The notes under the pieces are model-generated. The model was not told the origin of the DNA, did no database searches, and was given only the letters and a program-made list of their open reading frames with translations. A stretch of DNA of 64,000 nt from IMG/VR virus record IMGVR_UViG_3300017913_001553, positions 8,027-72,026 of that record. The stretch is one strand, 5' to 3'. This DNA comes from a virus (lineage: Duplodnaviria; Caudoviricetes). Position numbers and translations under genes: made by a program. How positions within the stretch are numbered: the stretch's first letter is position 1; each line of letters begins with the position of its first letter. Below, in pieces: positions 55,942-64,000 of the stretch.

Positions 55942-57375
55942 ATGTATCGCTCATTATTAGTTGGCATTGCTCTAACTACACTTGCCGCATGTCAAGCAAC
56001 AACTGCTAGTGATGTAACAATTGGTGCATCTTTTCAATCAACACCCCCATCGCCTGTGATAGTTGGTCAGTTAGAACCTCATCGCAAAAGTAAGCATGTT
56101 GATTATAGCGAAAAGCATAACTTTACCTATCAAAAAGGACGCTTCTTTGTTGATGGAATGAACACCTATAGACAGAAATACCTGTCGTTGTATGGTCCAT
56201 ATCGTGAGCGATATGAAGGCAACTATAATTTCGTCACCGCGATGAACTACATTTGGATACCGCGTGATGGATATGGAAGAACACGCTATCCATGTTTGGA
56301 TATCATTTACACGCCAGATTACACAATGACTATCAAGTTTGTTCAAACCCATGGTGACAGATTTGAAAATTCTGAACACTTTGATCGACATATGTATAGA
56401 AAATCAATGAATTGGTGTACAGATAAGGTGAAACGTCTTGTTCATGAGGACGTAATACGCGGTGAACGCCGAGGCGATGCCATAAAATATTTCTTTGAAA
56501 CTTTAATGCCGCGCTTTTTGAAAAATGACAGTTGGTTGAAACTTCCATTCGATCAATCGCAACCGGGCGAGGATTTCATCCCAGAACAAGGGGCGATTGA
56601 AGCGTTGCTATACACATACATTTATTTTAGCGATTGGTATGGAACAAGTGACGAACTAGACGAACTATTTGTAAGTTACTTCCGCAAGTATGAACGCACA
56701 CGCCACAAACAGATCAAAAGTGATCGTAACAAACATTTCATAACCAAATGCCCACGCAATATCTGGAATGCTCGTAGTAGTAGTCCAACCTCGACAGGAG
56801 ATGCTTTCTTGGCATGTAAGCAAGAGTTTTGGACTATGATGTATGCTATGATGGCGGTGCGCTTTCAAGATAACGATATGCTGAACGAAGCACTATTTTT
56901 CTACAAGCACAACGCGAAGTACACATTTGAAGAAGGTGCTACCATTGAGGTCACACGTGGATACAAAGGTCCAGGATATGCGATGATGGCAGCAGAGTTC
57001 TTTGATCAAGGTGCTTGGGTGATCGAAGCATTTACCGATGCTGAAGTTTATACGATTGAGGGTGGTGGCAAGTATAACAACACTGTTGGAAAGATGATTG
57101 AAAGCAGTATCGATGCTTTTACCAACCCACCTAAATACTACAAATACGCAAAGCAGTATAATCTCGGCACTAGACCTCACACAGACCCTGATCTTCCAAC
57201 AATTCCACACAACAATTACCGCATGGTTGGAGCGTTCTTAGATGGATCAAAGTCAGGAAAGTGGGATGAATATCTCAATAGCGTGGGTGATCGGGGATAC
57301 ACGATACGCTTGGCAATTGACCCTCTTTTGATGTCTCGAGCGTACAATTTTTCGCCAAGTTATCGCACCGATTAG
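55942..57375 (+). CDS. lipoprotein with possible alginate-lyase-like alpha/alpha fold
   Basis: Lipobox LTTLAAC; C-terminal EGATIEVTRG....Y resembles the PL5 G...E..R....Y motif. Confidence 0.45.
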   Translation: MYRSLLVGIALTTLAACQATTASDVTIGASFQSTPPSPVIVGQLEPHRKSKHVDYSEKHNFTYQKGRFFVDGMNTYRQKYLSLYGPYRERYEGNYNFVTAMNYIWIPRDGYGRTRYPCLDIIYTPDYTMTIKFVQTHGDRFENSEHFDRHMYRKSMNWCTDKVKRLVHEDVIRGERRGDAIKYFFETLMPRFLKNDSWLKLPFDQSQPGEDFIPEQGAIEALLYTYIYFSDWYGTSDELDELFVSYFRKYERTRHKQIKSDRNKHFITKCPRNIWNARSSSPTSTGDAFLACKQEFWTMMYAMMAVRFQDNDMLNEALFFYKHNAKYTFEEGATIEVTRGYKGPGYAMMAAEFFDQGAWVIEAFTDAEVYTIEGGGKYNNTVGKMIESSIDAFTNPPKYYKYAKQYNLGTRPHTDPDLPTIPHNNYRMVGAFLDGSKSGKWDEYLNSVGDRGYTIRLAIDPLLMSRAYNFSPSYRTD

Positions 57376-57513
57376 AATAGAATAAGAGTAAATACAACTA
57401 GCGTGTCGTTGATCCGTGGCACGGTGACTAAGGACTTTTTGATAACGTCATACAATCTTATTTAAGAAATAAGGGTCTATCAGCAGATTCCAACCTGTAA
57501 GGCTAACGGATTG

Positions 57514-57549
57514 CCAATCTTCTATAAATATAATTATATGGGGGATTGG
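57514..57549 (+). promoter_or_regulatory. late promoter inside an RBS-sequestering hairpin
   Basis: TATAAATA at 57523-57530; 13-bp stem 57514-57526 / 57537-57549 covers the SD of the ATG at 57552. Confidence 0.65.
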
Positions 57550-57551
57550 AT

Positions 57552-58586
57552 ATGACTAGAAAAAGCATAAGAAAAGATATTCCACAAAAAAACTTTGAAC
57601 GTGTAATTCATATCGTAGACGAAGATACAGGATTAGATGCAATTATAGCAGTTCACAATACTAAACTAGGTCCTGCTATTGGTGGAATTAGACTTTATAA
57701 TTATACTTCATTTGAAGATCAATTAAATGATGCTCTTAGGTTAGCAAAAGGCATGACCTTTAAAAACGCCGCAGCGGGTATACATCATGGTGGTGCTAAA
57801 ACAGCGGTAAACGCTTCTAAAATTAAAGATAGAAAAGAAGCATACAGATTACTTGGCAAAATGGTCAATCTATTAGATGGTTCTTATATTTGCGCAGGCG
57901 ATGTAGGGACTACAAAAGATGATCTAATGGATGTAAATTTTGGTACAAGTTATGTAGCAGGTATTACATTGGATAGTAGTTTACCAACTGCCCTAGGGAC
58001 CAAAACGAGTATTGAGGCATTATTACATTTTAATAAACGTCAGATTTCAGATACAAGTTTTACTATACAAGGATTGGGAAAAGTTGGATGGAAACTGGCA
58101 ATGATGCTTATTGAAGGTGGCGGTGATGTTAGGGCATATGATCCATATTTTGATAAAATCTACAAAGAGTTTGAGCACCAAGTTGGCGATGGTGTAATTA
58201 CAGATTTAAGTGCCAGTGCTATTTTTACAGATGATAGTGATATGTATGTTCCTTGTGCTTTGGGTGGAGTTTTAAATATGAAAACTCTTAATACAATGAC
58301 ACAGAAACTAGTTTGTGGATCGGCAAATAATCAGTTTGAAAATGATTCGAGTGTAGCAATTGCCAAACATATGGGAATTCAATATGTTCCTGATTTTGTG
58401 GCAAATTGTGGTGGAGTTGTGGCAGTTGCATACGACTTTAATAAAAGAGATTATACAAAAAAATTAACAACTGAACTGTATGAAACTGTTTTAGAAATCT
58501 TAGAAGAAAGTAAAAAAACAGGATTTGCTCCGCAGATGATCGCTGAGAGTATTGCTAATCAGAGGATTAACAACGAGTATAGGTAA
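57552..58586 (+). CDS. Glu/Leu/Phe/Val amino-acid dehydrogenase (LeuDH-like)
   Basis: GPAIGGIR, LAKGMTFKNAAAG..GGAK, GDVGT, QGLGKVG, PCALG, GSANNQ and PDF.AN.GGV motifs. Confidence 0.92.
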   Translation: MTRKSIRKDIPQKNFERVIHIVDEDTGLDAIIAVHNTKLGPAIGGIRLYNYTSFEDQLNDALRLAKGMTFKNAAAGIHHGGAKTAVNASKIKDRKEAYRLLGKMVNLLDGSYICAGDVGTTKDDLMDVNFGTSYVAGITLDSSLPTALGTKTSIEALLHFNKRQISDTSFTIQGLGKVGWKLAMMLIEGGGDVRAYDPYFDKIYKEFEHQVGDGVITDLSASAIFTDDSDMYVPCALGGVLNMKTLNTMTQKLVCGSANNQFENDSSVAIAKHMGIQYVPDFVANCGGVVAVAYDFNKRDYTKKLTTELYETVLEILEESKKTGFAPQMIAESIANQRINNEYR

Positions 58587-60427
58587 TGACAAAAACCAAT
58601 GTCCTTATAGGAAGTTTCCAACCTAAAAGAATGAATTCAACAAGTAATTTCAACTGGCTGCCACACGCTGCCGGTTGTCTTATTTCATATGCACTGAAAT
58701 CAGATATTGTTAGGGAAAATATAAAATTTCTTGATCCTATTTTCAGATGTGATGATTTTTCGGTATATGATGATATTCTTAAGCAAACTGATATACTCTG
58801 TTTGACAAATTATGTTTGGAATCAAAAATATAATGACAACTTTTCAATACATTACAAAGCATTGAATCCAAATGGTATTGTTGTTTATGGTGGTGCGAGT
58901 GTTCCAGAAAATGCAGGTATTGCCCAAGAATATGCTCACAATAGACCGCAGGTTGATTTGTTCTTTGTTGGTCCTGGTGAAACTAATTTCACAAAATTTT
59001 TAGAAGATACAGATTCTTTTAATAGAAAAGAAACATATGGTGCGTTCAGTCGTGGATGGTCTAATGTGACAGTCAATAAAGATTTGTATAGTATTGGGTC
59101 TGATGATATCCCTCTTCCCTATGTTGATGGAATTTTTGATAATATTATTTCTAATTGTCCAGACAAATCAGTTGCCATTGCCTTTGAAACAACACGCGGA
59201 TGTCCATACAAATGTGCATTCTGTGATTGGGGTGGATTGAGTAGAAGTATTGTTACCAAATTCAATATAGATAAAATCAAACAAGCAGTTGATTGGATTT
59301 ATGAGAATGCTAACAAGATAACTCTTGTTGATTTTATTGATGCTAATCTTGGTATGGCAAGGCGTGATGTTGAGATACTTAAATATTTTATAGAGTGTAG
59401 TAAAAAATACAACAATCATGTTTTCATAAGTTTAAATGGATACGTAAAGAATGGCAGTCCTTATCTAAAAGAAACAATTGAATTAGTAGAACAATTGAAT
59501 ATCGCTGCCAAAGAATTTATGGATAGTGGTAGTGGAACAACTGGAAATGTTAAAAATAATAAAAGTATTACTAAGTCAGTAACAATGAGTTTCCAAAGCC
59601 ACAATAGCGAAGTGTTGGAAAAGATTGATCGTGGTAACATTGACAATAAGAAATTATTTCCTCTTGTTGAGGAGTTAAAAGAAAATGATATCATCATACG
59701 AAGCGAGATGATGATTGGATTGCCAGGAGATACCCCAGATGGTTACATCAAAAACTTAGAAGAAGATTACAGATTGGGTATTGGGTATATGAGAGCATAT
59801 CCAACCATAATTATTCCAAACACACCAATGTATGACCCAGAATACAGAAAGAAGCATGGATTAAAATTTAAAAAGGTTTTGCTACCATTTGATATTAATA
59901 TTTCTGATAATGAGGTATATAGACAAAATCCATTTGCTGAAACAACTTGTGACTTTGATGATGATTCATTGTTTGAGGAAATAGAATTGATGTATGAATG
60001 TGATACATTTACAAATGAACAGTTAGTTGAGATTTATAAATATTGGTGGTGGTATCATAACTTCTACAATTTAGAAGCATTGCGTGATGAAATCGCAGAA
60101 GCAGTATATCACGGTAGAAGTATTGAAACCCAAATAAGGACATTTTTTAACTTTATTGATCAGGGAAAAATGCCTGTATTGGAAAAAATACTTGACTTTT
60201 ATTTAAATACAGTTAGACTAGTATTTAAACCAGAGCCAATTACAAAATTAACGCACGTTTATCATAATAACTTTTTGCAATTGGGTATTAGAACAAATGA
60301 ACCATTATTCTTCGTAGAGCACAAAGATAAAATAGAAAAAGAACTGAGACAGATATATCCTACAGTAAACACTGACAAATGGATCAATGACCGTGGATTC
60401 TTTATGGATTATAGTATTCTTGATTAG
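58586..60427 (+). CDS. cobalamin-binding radical SAM enzyme
   Basis: N-terminal B12-binding-type region (YVWN, VYGG, D.F.VGPGE); ETTRGCPYKCAFCDWG; MIGLPGDT. Confidence 0.88.
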   Translation: MTKTNVLIGSFQPKRMNSTSNFNWLPHAAGCLISYALKSDIVRENIKFLDPIFRCDDFSVYDDILKQTDILCLTNYVWNQKYNDNFSIHYKALNPNGIVVYGGASVPENAGIAQEYAHNRPQVDLFFVGPGETNFTKFLEDTDSFNRKETYGAFSRGWSNVTVNKDLYSIGSDDIPLPYVDGIFDNIISNCPDKSVAIAFETTRGCPYKCAFCDWGGLSRSIVTKFNIDKIKQAVDWIYENANKITLVDFIDANLGMARRDVEILKYFIECSKKYNNHVFISLNGYVKNGSPYLKETIELVEQLNIAAKEFMDSGSGTTGNVKNNKSITKSVTMSFQSHNSEVLEKIDRGNIDNKKLFPLVEELKENDIIIRSEMMIGLPGDTPDGYIKNLEEDYRLGIGYMRAYPTIIIPNTPMYDPEYRKKHGLKFKKVLLPFDINISDNEVYRQNPFAETTCDFDDDSLFEEIELMYECDTFTNEQLVEIYKYWWWYHNFYNLEALRDEIAEAVYHGRSIETQIRTFFNFIDQGKMPVLEKILDFYLNTVRLVFKPEPITKLTHVYHNNFLQLGIRTNEPLFFVEHKDKIEKELRQIYPTVNTDKWINDRGFFMDYSILD

Positions 60428-60454
60428 AATATAAATTAATGATATAGTAATAAA

Positions 60455-61171
60455 ATGATTGGATTTAGTGAAGAAAAAAGTAAGCAGAAATATTCTGCTT
60501 TAATCGGACATGTTGTTTTGGTAGCACATACAATGCTATTGGGGTGGGTATATTTGCTATGGATCGTTCCTATCAGTCTGTTAGTATATCACCTTGGACA
60601 TAGTGTTTTTATGCATAGGCATTTAAGTCATGGGCAATTTAATTTTAGTCATAGAGTTCAGTATGTTCTTCATTATGTTTCTATAATTTGTAATATGGGG
60701 AAAATTCCAGGATATGTAGCAATCCACAAAGAGCATCACGTTTCTAGTGGAAGTGATCATGATCCGCATGAATTTAGAAAGCATGGGTTTTGGAATATAT
60801 TTTTCAGTAATTGGCACATTGAAACAAAACCAATCCACAAGAGATGGTTGGTTCAGAGTTTCAAACTTACACCATATGTTAAATTTTTCACAAACAATCA
60901 TTATAAAATTCTTTGGATACTTCTGCCTATTTTTGGTGGGATAACTGCTATGTCATGGTGGTGGAAGCAATTCAGTGTGATTGTGGTCCACTTAGATATT
61001 GGTGATCGTAGTCGTAGACGTGGTGTTGATACAAGCACAAATAATATATGGTTATGGCCTATTATGTGGGGGGATGAAAATCATACTGAACATCACCTGA
61101 ACGCATCGCGTGAACGTCTGTGTCGTATTGATCTTCAGTATTTTATGGGAAAGATATTAGAACGTGTCTGA
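60455..61171 (+). CDS. membrane fatty-acid desaturase (delta-9-like), short
   Basis: His boxes HRHLSH, HKEHH and HTEHH; DPH motif. Confidence 0.88.
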   Translation: MIGFSEEKSKQKYSALIGHVVLVAHTMLLGWVYLLWIVPISLLVYHLGHSVFMHRHLSHGQFNFSHRVQYVLHYVSIICNMGKIPGYVAIHKEHHVSSGSDHDPHEFRKHGFWNIFFSNWHIETKPIHKRWLVQSFKLTPYVKFFTNNHYKILWILLPIFGGITAMSWWWKQFSVIVVHLDIGDRSRRRGVDTSTNNIWLWPIMWGDENHTEHHLNASRERLCRIDLQYFMGKILERV

Positions 61172-61856
61172 TCTAACAAAGATACATACATTTGCTTTTC
61201 TTTCGCATTTGTTGACATTGGTTTATCTTTTTTATTTTCCAATATTAACTTTATTTGCGTTGGTGATTAGTTTACTTTGGTTTCATATTGGACACGGTGT
61301 GTTTATTCACAGATATTTTACACATCGTCATTTTGAGTTTAGTAAACTTGGTATCTTATTGGGGCATTTGTTTTACATTGGCACAAACATGGGACCTAGT
61401 ATAATGTGGGCAGGAATGCATATAAAACATCATACCAATAGTGGAACGGATGATGATCCCCATGAGTGGAGAAATGTTGGATGGATCAATGCTATCTTTA
61501 GCAATTACACTGATAGTTTTAGTGTTGACAAGCGTGTGGCAGTAAGGATGAGCAAGGAACCATATGTTAAGTTCTTTACAAAATATCATTATAAAATTCT
61601 AGCATTATATCTTATTCCACTTGCTCCAATTATAGCAATGAGTTTTTGGTGGAAGCAATTCACCACTATTGTGGTTCATACTGACTATGGTGATACTTCT
61701 GGTAGACGTGGAACTGATACAAGTGTAAATATTAATTGGTTACATTGGTTAATGTGGGGTGATGAAAAGCATACAGATCATCATAATAACCCAAGCAAAA
61801 AAGATATGGGGAATGACTATCTTTATAAACTAGGAAAGTTATGGGAGAAAATATGA
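61164..61856 (+). CDS. membrane fatty-acid desaturase (delta-9-like), short, second copy
   Basis: His boxes HRYFTH, HIKHH and HTDHH; GTG start overlapping the first copy. Confidence 0.88.
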   Translation: MSDLTKIHTFAFLSHLLTLVYLFYFPILTLFALVISLLWFHIGHGVFIHRYFTHRHFEFSKLGILLGHLFYIGTNMGPSIMWAGMHIKHHTNSGTDDDPHEWRNVGWINAIFSNYTDSFSVDKRVAVRMSKEPYVKFFTKYHYKILALYLIPLAPIIAMSFWWKQFTTIVVHTDYGDTSGRRGTDTSVNINWLHWLMWGDEKHTDHHNNPSKKDMGNDYLYKLGKLWEKI

Positions 61857-62542
61857 CAAAACCAATTATGCTTATAACTGGAACTTCCAGAGGTATTGGA
61901 AGTGCGGTCTATAATTATTTTAAAAATGATTATCAAGTGGTGGGTGTAAGCAGAACTGGAAATCCAGAATATAAAGGTGATCTAACTGATATTGAGTTTC
62001 GTAAAAAGATTATCAGTGAAGTTGATCCAGATGTTTTTGTAAATAACGCTGGAATATTAGATCATAATTTTATGAATGTAATAGAAACAAATTTGGTAGC
62101 ATCTGGGCATTTACTTACGGAATTTTATAAAAAAATGAAAGATGGTAGTATTATTATCAATATGTCTAGTTCATGTGCTGTTATGCATGGCACACCTAGT
62201 ATGACTAATTGGAGACTGTCATATCACACTGCTAAAAGTGCTCTTAAAAAATTAAGTGAAAATTTAAGTGAGCAACGAGTACGAAATATAAGAGTTACTA
62301 GTTTGGAACCTGCTCACGTTGATACTCTAATGACATGTGGTGGTCGAGGTGAATTATGGAACTTTTCAGAAGAAGAATATCAACAGGCAGATATAGATAA
62401 ATTCTTACCTATGTCACCAGAATATATTGCACAGACTATAGAATGGATTTTAGATCAACCTAAGTGGGTTCAAATAAGTAGTATGAGAATACTAAATTTA
62501 CATAATAGGGAACTGGCAGATATGCCAGTGAATACAAAATGA
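61853..62542 (+). CDS. short-chain dehydrogenase/reductase
   Basis: TGTSRGIG, NNAG, MSS and YHTAK (YxxxK) motifs. Confidence 0.92.
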   Translation: MTKPIMLITGTSRGIGSAVYNYFKNDYQVVGVSRTGNPEYKGDLTDIEFRKKIISEVDPDVFVNNAGILDHNFMNVIETNLVASGHLLTEFYKKMKDGSIIINMSSSCAVMHGTPSMTNWRLSYHTAKSALKKLSENLSEQRVRNIRVTSLEPAHVDTLMTCGGRGELWNFSEEEYQQADIDKFLPMSPEYIAQTIEWILDQPKWVQISSMRILNLHNRELADMPVNTK

Positions 62543-62802
62543 CAACATTGATTATTAAAACAACACGTGAACCAGGATGGTTAGATGATTACCGTGAAGG
62601 TCTGGTCAGAAGTTTCATGAGTGATGAAGATGTTGCTTCATTAGAGTCTGCAATCCCAAAAGATAAAAAGAAATATCTTGACGGTGATTTTATGGTTATT
62701 GAAGCAAGTTTTGATCAACATAGAGATGCATTAAGATGTTTGAGTAAAATTAGAAAGTTACAAATTCCAGGATTTACGGTGACTGTGGATGTTGTTAAGT
62801 GA
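62539..62802 (+). CDS. small hypothetical protein
   Basis: ATGA-coupled within the operon; no ACP DSL motif. Confidence 0.55.
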   Translation: MTTLIIKTTREPGWLDDYREGLVRSFMSDEDVASLESAIPKDKKKYLDGDFMVIEASFDQHRDALRCLSKIRKLQIPGFTVTVDVVK

Positions 62803-63346
62803 AATTTATGACAAACCCAATCAAGAACTATTTGAGTATTGGGCATATCAGCAATATTGGTGCGAAGATCATAACAAGGATTGGTTTGACGTATTATTAG
62901 TAAACCCAAAATATGAAAAGTATTGGATACTTCGTGATGATGATACAAAAGATATCGCTGCCTTTAGTTGTATTCAGTTTGTAGAATTCCCAGAATATAC
63001 TTGTCGCATAGGGACGAGAACGTTTATTGATCCAGAATATAGAAATAAATCTTCCAGTAGGGAAACGCAGAAAATTACTCCAATGTTTAGGATGTTAACT
63101 GAACAATACGATTGGGTGAAGGAAAATACTGACAAGGAAAATTGTTTTAGTAGTATGGAAAAAGGTCGCACTGCTGCTATGAGAGCAAGTGCAAGGAAGT
63201 TTAAAAAGTTAAATGGCGTTGATGCAGAAGTGTTGCCCTATAGATACAAAATGTTTAACAACACAACCCATCCAAGTTGTTACCAACAGGTATTATTGTT
63301 TCCAATAAAATCAAAAAAATTTGAATTAAATTGGATTATTTCGTAA
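62789..63346 (+). CDS. GNAT-fold acyltransferase-like protein
   Basis: IAAFS...RIGTRTFIDPEYR motif-A-like segment; apparent paralogue of 52892-53497. Confidence 0.55.
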   Translation: MLLSEIYDKPNQELFEYWAYQQYWCEDHNKDWFDVLLVNPKYEKYWILRDDDTKDIAAFSCIQFVEFPEYTCRIGTRTFIDPEYRNKSSSRETQKITPMFRMLTEQYDWVKENTDKENCFSSMEKGRTAAMRASARKFKKLNGVDAEVLPYRYKMFNNTTHPSCYQQVLLFPIKSKKFELNWIIS

Positions 63347-63353
63347 AAACCCC

Positions 63354-63413
63354 TTGACGAATCGCTTTTGAAACACTATATTAATAATGTAACAAGGAGA
63401 AACGCGATGTTTA
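63354..63413 (+). promoter_or_regulatory. early promoter-RBS-start cassette, copy 1
   Basis: TTGACG, 17 nt, TATATT; 39-bp block 63375-63413 is shared with copy 2. Confidence 0.8.
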
Positions 63414-63571
63414 TACTGACTTTCCAATACTTCAACGATTATGATGAGGTTGTAGAGCGTACAGTACACGGTGATACAAAAGATGATGTAATCTCTAAGG
63501 CTTATGATTACGTATCGAAAGAAGGATACGGTGACATCAAAATAATTTCTCTGGAGAATATGTATGAATAA
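63407..63571 (+). CDS. small acidic early protein
   Basis: ATG follows AAGGAG within the repeated cassette. Confidence 0.65.
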   Translation: MFILTFQYFNDYDEVVERTVHGDTKDDVISKAYDYVSKEGYGDIKIISLENMYE

Positions 63572-63596
63572 CAATTAAAAAAAAAGAAAAAAAGAC

Positions 63597-63656
63597 TTGA
63601 CATTCTGCTATTAGTATACTATATTAATAATGTAACAAGGAGAAACACGATGTTTA
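63597..63656 (+). promoter_or_regulatory. early promoter-RBS-start cassette, copy 2
   Basis: TTGACA, 17 nt, TATATT; block 63618-63656 differs from copy 1 at one base. Confidence 0.8.
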
Positions 63657-63901
63657 GAATTCCAGCGTTTAACAAGTTTGATATGACTTTTGAAGAAGCA
63701 AAAGTGACTATGACACATTATGGTCGTGGTGATATGCTTGAAGGCATGATGGCTATGGATCATGTTTGGGAAGAACACTGTGCAAGCTACGATACTGACA
63801 ATGCTCGTTTCGATAGCGACAGCGACTTCTACGATTGGTATGAAGCAGAAGTGAATGCTTACAACAAAGTGTTCGAAACAATGAAACCTCTGTTTGCGTA
63901 A
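63650..63901 (+). CDS. small acidic early protein
   Basis: AAGGAG RBS; clean ORF. Confidence 0.7.
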   Translation: MFRIPAFNKFDMTFEEAKVTMTHYGRGDMLEGMMAMDHVWEEHCASYDTDNARFDSDSDFYDWYEAEVNAYNKVFETMKPLFA

Positions 63902-63913
63902 GGAATCTGTACA

Positions 63914-64000
63914 ATGGCAAAACGTGGTGATCTAAAGCCAATGGACGAATGGGAAGAACGTATACGCAGCCAAGCAGTTGCGTATAATGTTGTAATGTTC
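63914..64000 (+). CDS. 3'-truncated hypothetical protein
   Basis: AAGGA RBS and ATG; frame is open to the window end (MAKRGDLKPMDEWEER...). Confidence 0.5.
   Translation, partial: MAKRGDLKPMDEWEERIRSQAVAYNVVMF

Noticed and set aside
62539-62802. Acyl carrier protein for the biosynthetic cluster
   Set aside because: The size fits, but there is no (D/E)xGxDSL phosphopantetheine motif and the pattern looks alpha/beta.
1-64000. Stop-codon reassignment
   Set aside because: Core genes translate full length in the standard code; TAA, TAG and TGA all terminate genes at coupled junctions.

Overview
A 64 kb segment of a large, AT-rich T4-like myophage genome, read in the standard code. Its gene set and order resemble RaK2/GAP32-like jumbo phages (inference from recognised families; no search was run). 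From left to right it holds: a tail-fibre block with a repeat-built 1372-aa fibre ending in an S74 chaperone; glycosyltransferases and a NUDIX hydrolase; neck, tail and head genes (gp15, gp14, gp13, sheath, tube, gp4, terminase); recombination and replication genes (gp32, UvsX, UvsY, UvsW, primase, helicase) with a miniature DnaE-type polymerase core; a block of probable capsid-internal proteins; NrdA, NrdB and glutaredoxin; a PAAR protein; and three tRNAs. The most unusual part is 51967-63346, a two-module enzyme cluster that looks like a biosynthetic gene cluster. It contains a radical SAM enzyme, two paralogous GNAT-like proteins, two TauD-family Fe/2-oxoglutarate enzymes (one with the halogenase-type HxA motif instead of HxD), a Leu/Phe/Val dehydrogenase, a B12-binding radical SAM enzyme, two membrane desaturases and an SDR. 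The second module sits behind a late promoter embedded in an RBS-sequestering hairpin. All assignments come from motif recognition by eye.
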